Source: Balanoglossus misakiensis
Lineage: Eukaryota > Animalia > Hemichordata
Assembly (NCBI GenBank): GCA_040954595.2
Contig: CM082584.2
Span: forward strand, 12,747,166-12,811,165
Direction of reading: 5' to 3'
Length of the DNA: 64,000 bases
Made by a program: the position numbers and the translations under genes. Below the pieces are notes generated by a model. That model was given only the letters and a program-made list of their open reading frames with translations, made no database searches and was not told the DNA's origin. Shown piece by piece: positions 1 through 16,363 of the stretch; the first letter of the stretch is position 1, and every line of letters starts with the position of its first letter.

Positions 1-2630
1 GCTTACTTTGATCTTTGTGCTGATAAAGAAACCGTTCGTACCAGAAGCTGACAAAAACGCCGAGATAACCCAGGCCGAAAAATCTGGCGTCGATACTTTC
101 ATGAGAGTTGGAAAAGGTAAACATTTCCTAAGAAAATATCACATTTGTCAGTCATTTCTCAAGAAAAGGGCTCAATACCTCAACAATTGTTACCAGTTTA
201 TTATTATTCATATCATAACTATCATTATTATCCCCATTCTTATTTACAGGAGGACCATATATCAGCCCACCATCGGAAGGAGAAGTTCAGGCAGCACATA
301 ACCGTCAAATGAAGCGAAACAACCTGAAAGATTTCTTCCGGGAGTTTCTTTTTTACATTATGTTCCTGCTTGTTGCAAGTGAAATCGCAGGCACCTACAG
401 GTCCGGCACGATTTTCTACTCGAACAAAGCGATTATGGATGCTCTTGGTGGTTATGATATCTTAGATGTAAGTGGGTAATTATTCGCCTTTTTACCGACA
501 CAGTCAAGACAGATTATCTGCCAAAGTATATATTTTCTTAAACAATATTTTTGTACATTATGAATTTCAGTGCCACGACTTGTCTTGCTACTGGGAATGG
601 CTGAATGGTACTGTTATTCCTGCCGTCAATCCGGAGTACAACTATAATGGGAAAAAGATGAGGAACAGAAATCCCCGACTGTCAACCCAGGTTTCCTTCA
701 TGTTGGGTCCTGTAACACTGCGACAATTGCGAGTTAGATCAGGTGTGTACTAGTTTTGATTTTGATCCATCTAACCACATCTACAGCAATCCATGTACTA
801 TTGATCTGTCTCCTTTACCAATTTCATAGGCCTAATGTGAAATTATCCCTACTTATTCTTGATAGGAGAATGCCTTGTGCCAGATCCAATGGATGATATT
901 ACACGTGTCTGTGTTCCGCCATACTCGTCTGATGTTGAACAGCACGCACCATACAACGGCAGCTGGGAGGTTGAGATGCAAGCATTCGATGACGATGAGC
1001 TCCAGTCCATCACGAAGTCGCCATGGGTACACACTCGATACTACGAAGACAACGTGACGTACGCTCCTTCTTTCTTCAGCAGTACGGGGAACAGTTACTC
1101 TGGCTACGGCTACGTGGCTGTTTTAGGGATGGATGGAGCCGAGGCAAGGAACGTCATCGAAGAACTCTTCAAATCCAACTGGATCGATCGAAACACGAGA
1201 GCAGTCTTTCTGGAATTCACCATCTACAACGCCAACATCAATGTCTACAGTCTAGTCACCTTCCTGACAGAGTTCTTCGGCACAGGCACCGTTACAGCGA
1301 CCTACAGAGTTGATTCCATCAGACTTCTGGACTTGTTCAACTTCAACTTCGACACCTTCATCTCCATCCTTTGCCACGTCATATTCTTAATCATGGTTAT
1401 TTATCTGGCGTGTTGGTGGGCCTGGAAAGCATGCAAGGAAGGTCGTAAAGCTGTGCGCGGTGTATTTAAATGCTGGGATCTTCTTCTCTTCATATTATCA
1501 CTCTGTACCATTGGTCTCTTCTTTGCACGTTTGGTCACGTGCAATGTGGTCAAGGCAGAGTTTCAAACAAACAGAGGTAAACATTCTACGTGTCTCTTTA
1601 AATCTACCCATTCTAGCTTGCATTTTCGTTTTGCATAATTAGGAGTACTGCTATATTTGCTTACATTGGATTCGTCTGTCTGTTGTTGTATATGTATGAA
1701 GATATGCACGTATACTGATAACCTTTACTGACTCGATTCATTTTTTTGTCTTTCAGCATCTTATGGGAGTGTGCGCTTCCTGATTCTCATCGACGATATC
1801 TTCAATCACTTTATTGCGCTGGTTCCCTTCTTCTGCATGGTTGGGTTCCTTCGCTTGCTCACCCTCTACAGACGCACACGAATGTTCTTCTTTGTCTTTC
1901 GCATAGCGTCTAACACCTTCATTTCCTTCTCTATCATGCTTGGCATCATATTCCTGGCTTTCGCCCAACTCTTTTATCTGTACTTCGGGAGCACCGCCAG
2001 TGCTTTCAGTAATTTCTTCGCCAGTATTGGCGCTCTGACGTCTGTCCTGCTCGGGTCCTTCAAGGGAAGGTCTGGCAGCGTTTTTGCCGGGTGCCCACCG
2101 GCTGCACAAGGTTTCATGGTCACCTATATCTTTATCGAGTCTTGGGTTCTGATCATGCTGCTGGTATCAGTGCTCAATATTGCATGCAACAAAGCACGAT
2201 TGTCTATGCCCCACCAACACAAAGAAGATGCAATTGATGTTATTGTCGATTGGATAGGAGGCACCCGTCTGTACGAATTCTTCACCTCCAAGAAAGATGA
2301 CGACGACAAGACAAAGGGTGAGCACAAATTAAAACTTAAAAGAATCTTCCTATTTTTCTTGTAAGTTTAAATTGCACTGGCGGAAAACGGGTGGAGATGT
2401 GATAGATCGACTTTGCTGAGAGAATGTATAAAGACAGCCCGAAGTGTCCACCATTTCAGCATGACGACGGTTAGATTTTCGAGATAGTGACTCTCAGAAC
2501 ATTCACTTTTTCTTGTACAGGAATGAAATCGGTCGGCAACGACGCTGAGGGCTACAAAGACCCTCTTCGAGACCTGGATATTAGACTTACTGTCATAGAA
2601 AACATGACCAACAAAATGAACATGTATTGA
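1..2630 (+). CDS. Polycystin-1 family (PKD1L/PKDREJ-like) protein, 3' part: TOP/polycystin domain and channel transmembrane segments; 5' end lies outside the window
   Basis: Phase-consistent GT-AG exons <1-116, 250-467, 571-742, 866-1576, 1757-2317, 2521-2630 (TGA). Polycystin motifs 'WEWLNGTVIP', 'LGPVTLRQLRV', 'YSGYGY', 'WIDRNTRAVFLEFTIYNANIN', 'FLAFAQLFYLYFG'. Confidence 0.85.
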
Positions 2631-2789
2631 GTATGAAAAAAGATTAACTTATTAACTGTAATTTTACACCGATTTTCTTTGAATAAGAATGTGATCACAA
2701 TGACAGATGTTTGTATAAAAACAGATAAAAATATTTGTTCTTTTAAAACATTTCGCAGAATATGCACGAATGCACAATATGACATAAAA

Positions 2790-3940
2790 TTCCCCGGCCG
2801 TCATTAAGATAGAACGTGCATCGAGGGTACATTTTCAGAAAAATTGTCGTTCTCCATACCTTTTAGTTATTTGGACAGGTATATTATACATTTACTAAGT
2901 ATTTAAGTGTGTGGAGAGTCATTTTGAAGAAGAAAACAGGTTTCATCGTCGTTTTCATAAAATCACTACTTATACAGCACCACAGAAAAGGGGACGCTTC
3001 ATATTCGGCAGCAAGATAACATTTAGCAGTGGTCGCAGATTCCCTCGACAGAGCTATAAAATCACAAATACCAATTTCACATTTATGACGTTTTTTGCTG
3101 TTTATCATGCATTGTCATTACTATTTTGAAGTATGATATAAAGTAGAGTGTAAAAAACACGTGGTGTCTTTTTACTTTCCTGAATATATCGCATCAAAGT
3201 TGGCATCAAAAATGTTTAGTTTTCTGCACTTCCCCAACAAAACGACAGCTTTGTTGGGGGGGAAGGGGGCGTCGCCAAGAAAGGCGTAGGCTTTAGGTTT
3301 ACCATTCATTATTCATTATTTGCACCGTGATACACAGGGGAAATCATGTAACAGGAATGGTAGCCACATGAATTATTGTGTTTCTTAATTTTCATATCGT
3401 TTTACACTAATGTGTTGATCATCTCAACTGAAGTCATTCAGATTTGCTCATGCGTGACACTTTTAGAGATTATTTGCAGCCAACGTTTGTCACTCTGGTT
3501 GATGAGTGTCTCTCTGTGGACTCGGCGTCTCATCACAAAGATGAATAGTTTAGGCCCACGCCTCGAAACTTGCAAACGTTCACCCCGGACACTCCATCCC
3601 TGTTCCCTTTCAAAGGTTGCCCTTAAACGATATTGTTTGCAAGTTCCGACCAAATTTGGTCAGTTGAAACTACACTAGCACATACTTCGTTTGCCCCTGG
3701 TGTCTAAACTATCATTATTATTTATACATATATTGACTGGCCATGAGGGTCGGTGTCAGTCTCTCCAAAACAGACTGTTTTGGGTTGACTCACAGGCCCA
3801 AAGGGTCACAGACGTATGCTGTTACTCTATTATGGCCAATCAATATGGGTTTTACAACACACCTTATCCAGCAGTAGCGCAAATCGGGGAAGTTCTCCGC
3901 TGTCATCAAGGTGATCTTGGTCGCCATCTTGGTGTACGTT
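2790..3940 (-). ncRNA. Candidate long structured non-coding RNA; family not identified, ends approximate
   Basis: No credible ORF. Helices by + coordinate: 3860-3874/3897-3913, 3730-3744/3832-3846 (15 bp), 3541-3553/3704-3715, 3563-3577/3635-3649 (15 bp), 3500-3506/3529-3535, 3300-3307/3355-3362, 3232-3243/3248-3259. Non-canonical pairs in the longest helices are G-U on the minus strand. Promoter motifs lie directly upstream on that strand. Confidence 0.45.
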
Positions 3941-4080
3941 TTCTGAGTGCGCATGCGTTGATGCACGAGCGTCGTGACGTTTTACATTCCGCTGTTTCAG
4001 GTTGTGTCCCTTCCTTCCGAAATCGGTACTGAATTGGATTTTAATTCCATCGCCTATTCTAAACCCAGTCCACGTGACAT
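3920..4080 (-). promoter_or_regulatory. Orphan housekeeping-type Pol II promoter
   Basis: YY1-type motif (minus CAAGATGGCG, ~3922-3932), NRF1-like TGCGCATGCG (~3947-3957), ETS-like CGGAAG (~4013-4019), E-box CACGTGAC (~4070-4078). The region is CpG-rich. The same motif class marks the 5' ends of NUP155, SNX30 and STK11 in this window. Confidence 0.5.
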
Positions 4081-5213
4081 TATCTCAGTACCCAAGAAAT
4101 TCTACGAAACGAATTTCGTTTCTAAATCATTTTATTAAGATGTGAAACGCAAGCTACATTACAAATTAATGTGATTTAGAAAGTTACTCATTTTATCCTA
4201 GTTATAGTCTGTGGATTTTTTTTCGAACAAGAAATTAACGTTGTTTACGTGGTTGGCTAACAAACATATGGACGTTTAACCATTACTATAAACTTTAATG
4301 AAATGCCCTACGTAAAAAATAGAGTCAAGCAGTGTTCACTGAACGTATGGAGTTATCGGTGGTATATAGCACCTGTAGTGCGTTAGTACGCTGACCTGAC
4401 ATGTTGTATTTCAAATTTTGGATTCCTGCAGATGGCTTACTTCTCTTATGGCTTACTTCTTTCTCTCTAGTAACCCTACAAATTTGCGTTTTTGATATCC
4501 AAATTTCAATGTGTTCCCCAAAACAATGATTTTAATTGATTTGGTCCTATACAGCCAAAAGGCTTGCCTAATTTTACACAATGGAAATAGCACTTTAAAT
4601 ATGTTGTTATACCACTATCGCACTATCTTTCCTACCATGACTATCCCATTCAAACCCTCAAAACATTTTTACCATAAACTTGAGTTGCATATTCGAACCC
4701 GTCCAGTGATATTTCTCTTTCGTGAAGACATTACAAAATAACTAAACTTAAAAAAGTGTCTTTAAAAGGGAATTTTCCTGAAGTGCATAACATTTAAATT
4801 TAATGTCTTAAACAATACAACTTTATTTCGAATATAAAAGGTGGAAGGCACATGGGTGCATCGATTTTATTGCGAACTAGTAATGGTTTAGTTTTTAAAA
4901 TACTTATTTTGAGCAAAATATCATTTACCGTATACAGATAAAAACGTCACATGGTGTGACTGTCTAAAATGATAAAATATCACGCAAAATATACAAGAAT
5001 GAACAGCGACAGGATAAAGTGTACAGGAAAAAACAGAAGTGTACTATTTCGGGTGACCTTTCAACCTAAACGTAGCAGTGCCCATTCCCAATTGAAACAC
5101 GGCAAAGTTTACACGTGACACTTATGCAAATAACCCTGCAACGATACAGATTGAACAGTCACCAAAAATGTATCAAATTTTAAGACTGGCAATTTCTCGG
5201 GAGTTTCAGATTC

Positions 5214-9937
<4,724 letters not shown>

Positions 9938-12276
9938 GTTGATTTCTGGTGTCGGCTGTGCTTAACTTGACTGTATAATTAAATGTAATATATACTGCCT
10001 GGACTATTAGTCGGTTTGCAGCGCAGATGTTTGTACGACAGATTCGGGAAACTTCGTCTTATCTTAAACGGGTGAGATGTTTCGGTTGTGACAATGTTGG
10101 CCGAAGCGTGTTAGCCACCGTTTTGCTAAAATGGCCGTTTGCAACAGTGGTCACTATGCATGCGCGAGATGATCTGGGTTCGGCATTGTGACACGAGCCT
10201 TAATTTATTCAGGCAATCGGGGCGAGTCGGAATATTCCATTATGTGGTGGGGTCGGTGGGAATGAACGGGGTTGCAAGCATCACACAATCATGTTTGACG
10301 AGTCGAGAAACGGTGGGACCGAAGTCAATACACATACAAGTTCCTCTACAATCACTACATGCACAGGCCGAGCCATCTGCACCTTTTCTGGAGTCAATGT
10401 TGGTGGCCAAATTAACGACAGTGTATCGCTACAATGTAACGAACGCGGATATTAATGGCACCATACATGGTAGACCCATCATAGCGTCTGAGAATCCGAA
10501 AGTGATTTACATGCATTAAGTTTGGGAGATGAGTTCACACATAGATGGTTCACATGAAATATTCATATGAATGTTTGTTTCTATTAATTTATGTTGAATA
10601 ATCTACCATTGTGGGTTTTCTATCGTTTGCACCAAGTGAACGACCAGTGTCAGCATGTGTTTGTACACGTTATAAAAAGTTGACACGTTATAATTAATTA
10701 CTTGCATCAACCATGCATCAACGCCATGTGAACGAAATAAAGACAATATATATGAATAATTGATCACCAGCTTTGTGTCGGACAAAAACTAGTATGCATG
10801 GACAGGAACAATTGAACTTCTTTACACACAGATCATAGAGTTACATTGCTATTCAAAAGACGGTGAACCACTACAATACACAACTTTCCTATGACGTCTC
10901 TGTATTGTACAGAGTTATATCAACCATAGACCCTAGTCTCAACTGTTATCACGACTAGTACTAGTTTTTCCCCGTTGACGACGTGACTGAGTAGTTATTA
11001 CATCACTTTGATGTTGGTGACGGTCAATGCAAACTTTAACACTGTTTGGATATCATGCATAGCCCTGCCAACCCTCGCCGGACAATCGCTGTAGAAGTGG
11101 TCGGGCGACTCGTCAAGGTGACAGGTGTTTGGGGATTTTGTTTTCGGTCTTTTGTTTTCTCCCCTGCGGCAAAAGACGGCAGCAGGATACCAGGCAACGC
11201 GACAATGTACACACAAATACATGACGACACCAAGCGGTGCCGCTTATTCTCACAGTTGACCATGAGCTACAAGTCACACAGTTACAGTCCCAACGCTTAG
11301 TTATGCACCAGAGTACATGTAGTCATATTACTGGCTGGTGCCCGTCTATAATTCGCCTGTGTATAACCATGGAGACGAACGACACGTAGGCCTACATCTG
11401 TGGTATTAAATATTAACCTTCAATTCAATTACGAAACTATTATGGAGACACATATTAATTTTTCGCATAACATGCATAATTTACGACGCAGTGCTATTTA
11501 GTATTATGGCAATAATACTTCACAGGTGACCATTGGCAGACACATCCCCGTACCCCGTGAAAGGACTGCTTAGTATCGACGATAGAGGGCACAATATTGG
11601 TAACACCACCTGTTAGTAAAAGGTGTATGATAGTTATTCGTTCAAAACATGGTAGAATGGTAATGTCCGACGTTTCTCGTGGTGATTGGCCACATTTACG
11701 TGTAACTTAACTTCTCTATTCAGTCAAATGTCGAACGCAGTCTTCTACATACAGTAACACTGGTCCATGAGGGGAAACTGCCGCAGTGTTCTTTGGGAAA
11801 AGAGACGCGGAATTAGACATGTGCTCACAATCACTCTGGAGTAAATGTGTCCAGTCCATATCATATATAATTAATTACAAATTAACTAAAGCAACCACCA
11901 CCAGAACATTTAAACATTTCCCCCCAGAAATACATCATGCGCACAGCACAGTTATAAAGGAAATCCCGACCACAAATGAGCAGACGACATCGAATGAAGG
12001 CCATTACCGTCTTACAAATAGATTAATGACGTCACATGCGAACAGAGTCACGATCGCTTTTGATAGTATGTATTTGATGTGACATTTGACCTCGCGTCCT
12101 TCTGCACTACCGTGACGGGAGTGTCGTTCTGTACCCGTGTGACGCACATAAGAAGGGCGTGGAACTGCGGTGGTTTAAGACTCCAAAAGCGTCGATGTCC
12201 ACTTAATTTTACTGGAAGTGAAATTGAAACATAAAGACAACGTTCCGTGGATAGAGCGACCCGACGTATTGCAGCC

Positions 12277-15268
12277 ATGAATTCAAGCGACAACCTCAAA
12301 CGGCAATTAGGTGACGTCGAGCTCTGTAAGTCCAGATTATTTATATCGGTGGTACATGCAGGTGTAGTAGGGTACACCACAGTCACTTGCATCAGGCCTT
12401 CACTACCTCTAGTTTGCTGCATTAGACCGGTTCTTTGCTGTACTGTACAGTGCCTGGAATGGGGCGTGTCCATGAAGGATTCCAAGCGCACTAGGCGCTA
12501 GTGGTCCGAAGAATCACTAGATTTTGAAGATAGTCTCTAAAGTAATTTGAATACAAACGACCCCAAATTATTTTAAAAGACTATCTGGGCCACAAGCGGC
12601 TGGTATTCCAGTTAGAACAGGGCTACTCGACATTATAAACAAGTATGGCCTTGGGTTTTTGTACTGCTGTGTCCACACATACACACAGACAGACACAAGT
12701 AATAAATTGAATGCTGATCCTCATCAGTTCTGGGCGTACATGTTAATCCTGCGTTCTTTGATTCTCATTACAGATCATGATGTGGATGTAGTCTACAAAG
12801 AACTTCAAGAGGTATGGTTCAAGCATCACCAGTCATCTTTCTGGCAGGCACACACGGGCATGCATACAGACTGACAGATAGACCGACAGACAGACTAAAT
12901 TAACCTGTACAATCATTGTCGGTGGAATCACTTGAATTCGACGTAATAATGTTATCGGGTTAAAGATTGATGTATGGATATTAAAGGTCAAAGCAGCATG
13001 AAGATTTGGGCCAATGTTACGCGTGTATGCTTACATACACACTGAAACTTTGAAGTCGGGATTTGACGTGGGGAATAGGAGTGCAGCTTTAATGAACAGT
13101 TCCCCTTGAACCAAAATTAACTGTCGCGATTTTCAGTATCACTGTACCCATGGAGTGCTTGATTCCAACCGAATGCCCAAACACAATCCATTCATCAAAA
13201 TAACCCCGGCAACGACACAAAGCCTTATTCTCGCGACGAGCTGTACTCGCTTTTAGAAGAATGTTTATCTAACCCACGGTTTGAACGGTGACCTGGGATA
13301 GTATTGTTCCAAAAGAGTGACGATCGAATAATACAGAGAGGTGTATGCGACTGCTAAGAATGCCACCGCTCGATATACACATATTTTGGCCTACCACACT
13401 ATGACCTGGCGTTCAGAACGTCACAACAGCTATTATTACAAGCATCAACCACCTGACGTGAACATTTCAGGCCATATCTTTAACCCTGTTTGCGAAAGAC
13501 CACGTCCATTCGAGAACACTAACCCAATTTGTATTGACCTAATTTGCAAGACTTAACCCAAATATTCTAACACTGTACACCAGATTTATCAGTACCCCAC
13601 AAAAACTGTAATCTCTGTGATCAGAGAAGTGACGACGAGATTCCCGTCACATGATATCAAATTAACGGTATTTGCAATACATGTACATTGATTGAACATG
13701 ATTGCCATGGTAGCATCAGCTGGAACCATGGCAACAACGGGAAGAAAGTCTTTATATTGAATTATTACTAACCGTGGGTCTCTTTGCTGCTGATTCTGTG
13801 TTCATTTTCCCTGGATTTAGCTTGGATACAGTAGAACTGATAAGCTGGACGTTGAAAAATTGTCTAAAGTGGACCAACTCCATTATTTTGGCGCTGAGGC
13901 TGTGGACCATGCCATCAAGTCACTTGCAGTAGGGTACGCCTCTTTGCGGTTTCCATCTTCGCCTTCTGTTTTGCTTCATAGATTTCGTCTAAACCTGTAA
14001 GTCACACGTAGCAATATGATTCGATCAGTTTGACATTTTCAGAAGAGCAAACAAGTAAAATTAATTTGTACTTTGTATTCGATGCAGTCCAAATCATAAA
14101 ATTCTCGATGTTGGATCGGGATTAGGCGGACCAGCCCGCTGTATTGCCAACGCTACCAAATGCCATGTAACTGCCATAGAACTACAGGAACGGTACCACA
14201 ACGCTGCATGCGATTTGACGGCCCGTTGTGGCCTGGACGGTTATATTACACATCGTTGTGAAGACTTTCTGGGCCTTAATGGTCCAGGTAAGTAAGTCAG
14301 AAATGTCAATAGTGACTGTCATATTTCGTTTGATCGCGTGAATCGGCCAGAACTGACCACTGCATTTGAGCGTGTATGGACAATTTACCACACATCGAAC
14401 CTCTTCAATAAATTTCCTCCGTGTTGTCGTGGTCGTTTGTTGGTCAACATAATTTTTATCTTTCCTAGATTTCAACACGTACGACTTTCTGTTTGGTTGG
14501 CTTGTGTTCGTGCATATTGGCGACAAGAAGAACCTTTTCCAAACGTGTTATAGTACTCTCAAGTCAGGCGGAAAATTGTAAGTTGTAAGATCATCGTATT
14601 AGACTCGTCATTCAATGCATGTACGAAATATATAGCTTTGTTCTCGTTATTTGGGATGAAAGAAAGTTTAAAGACATTTCTTGACACTCTTGCGTTATTC
14701 TACCTGAAGTAAAGTCAGAGTTATCTTTCAGCTATGCCGAGGACTTCTGGATAAAACGCCAATGGACCAAGGAGGAGGAGGAATCAATTCAGAAGCACAT
14801 CTACTGCCCTCAATTACAGACATATGACGGTTGGAGAGAAGATCTTAGTCAAGCTGGTTTCACTGACATCCAGGTATTCCCAGATTGTTTGAATGCCGCT
14901 TACTTTACAGTCCTTCTATGCTTTACATTATGATGGGCGACCGATTTTACGAGGAAATTTTCATCGGGGTTCACATGCATGAAAGAGAACTACAAAACAA
15001 ACTTACCCTGTAAGGGAACAGCAACTTTCAGAAGCTCACAATCCAACCACGATTTCATTTGTTTGGTTTCCAGATGACGGACATGACGAGGGAATGGACA
15101 GCGTTCACTCAGGCGCGATATGACGCGTACATGGAAAACCGGGAGCGACACGTTCGAGTTCAAGGAGAAGATACAACACAAGCTTTGGAGACGTTTTATT
15201 CCATCATTAGCGAATCCTTCGGTCGCGGACTTTTCGGAGGTGTTCGCATCGTGGCGACAAAGCCCTAA
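12277..15268 (+). CDS. Class I SAM-dependent methyltransferase (281 aa), small-molecule N/S-methyltransferase-like
   Basis: Seven phase-consistent GT-AG exons: 12277-12325, 12774-12811, 13821-13933, 14088-14287, 14469-14577, 14732-14873, 15074-15268. Kozak gcagccATG. Motif I 'ILDVGSGLGGPAR', 'VTAIELQ', 'YDFLFGWLVFVHI', 'LKSGGKFYAEDF', 'LSQAGFTDIQMTDMT', and N-terminal 'DQLHYFGAEAVD'. Confidence 0.88.
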
Positions 15269-15460
15269 TGCTAGAACCACATCGAGGCTCTCTCTCGTCT
15301 CTCACTGCCCTCGTGTAATTGGCTGTTCTTTAAATATTATAGTATTCAGGTGGAAATAGCGTAGTTCAGAGATGTGTCCGAGATGCGGACAAACATGATA
15401 GGGTCGACCACTGTCATTGCGGAGGAGCCGTCCTCGGTCGGCACACCTGGTCCAAGCGTG

Positions 15461-15532
15461 CAGAAAGTAATTGACCAATCACAAGTGCTGTGGTCTACCT
15501 GTTTCAGGTGAACAGAAAGTAATTGACCAATC
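15461..15532. repeat. Direct repeat CAGAAAGTAATTGACCAATC x2 (52-bp period)
   Basis: Identical 20-mers at 15461-15480 and 15513-15532, each followed by a similar 'gtggtcta' tail. Confidence 0.8.
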
Positions 15533-16363
15533 GGAACTGTGGTGGTCTAACGTCCCAAACAGTGACGATCCCTCGATTCTCACCGTGTGGGTAATGCTAT
15601 TCAAACTGTTTGTCCGCATTGCATTTTCTATTTTGGACACAGACACCCTGATCAACGCTATTTACATTCGACAATTAACATTTAAATCTTATCATTATAT
15701 CCTGGAATAGTTCCAGGCGCCTTGGGTGATACAGAAGGCCGTCAAGGAACACACTCTCATTGCAGTCTCCTTTTGGATACACTAGCCATCCAAAGCTAAA
15801 GGACTAACAATATTATACTTAAAATGAACAATTGCTTGAGATACACCAGAGACACTTTTTGCTGTATTTTGTCTGCCTTTCGAGTGTTTTGATGTATACA
15901 GGGTAGAATAAACTTTTACAGGATTCAAACTCAAATCTATTTGACCAAGTCACATGACACAGAAGTCAACACACTAAACATCTACCATGTCATTTTCACA
16001 GGCAGGTCGATTTTCACTGTAGTTTAACACCCTGTGATACTTTGTGTGCACAATGACTAATCATACCCAATATTATATAAAAACTTTTAAAATATGGAAC
16101 CGTGTACTCTGTACATTTTCTTCTCTGCATTGATTTTATTTGCTCATAAATTTATGATTGAATCTTTCCTTCTGTATCCCTTGCACACGAATCCATCTTT
16201 AATTATTTCAGCAAAAATGAACGATGGAGTTCATACAAAATGCAAAACATACGAATATTCATAGAAAATTGCAGACATATTGGCAGAAAAGAGCTAAAGT
16301 TACATGTTCCTATAAAATATTTACTATCATTCTGTTGTAATTGACGTTGCCTCGTTCACAAGT

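Noticed and set aside
2790-3940. Telomerase RNA, RNase MRP/P, U3, 7SK or hammerhead identity for the structured region
   Set aside because: No CUAACCCU template, no convincing CR-I/CR-V (P4) pair at a normal distance, no U3 5' domain or 7SK stem, and no complete CUGAUGA...GAAA hammerhead core recognised by eye.
3376-4032. ORFs 3376-3678, 3438-3653, 3691-4032 and the short minus-strand MATKITLM... ORF as protein genes
   Set aside because: Mostly non-ATG starts, no recognisable domain, and no consistent exon chain.
10139-12491. ORFs 10139-10519, 10998-11300 and 12048-12491
   Set aside because: Intergenic or promoter sequence, or antisense to methyltransferase exon 1; no motifs.
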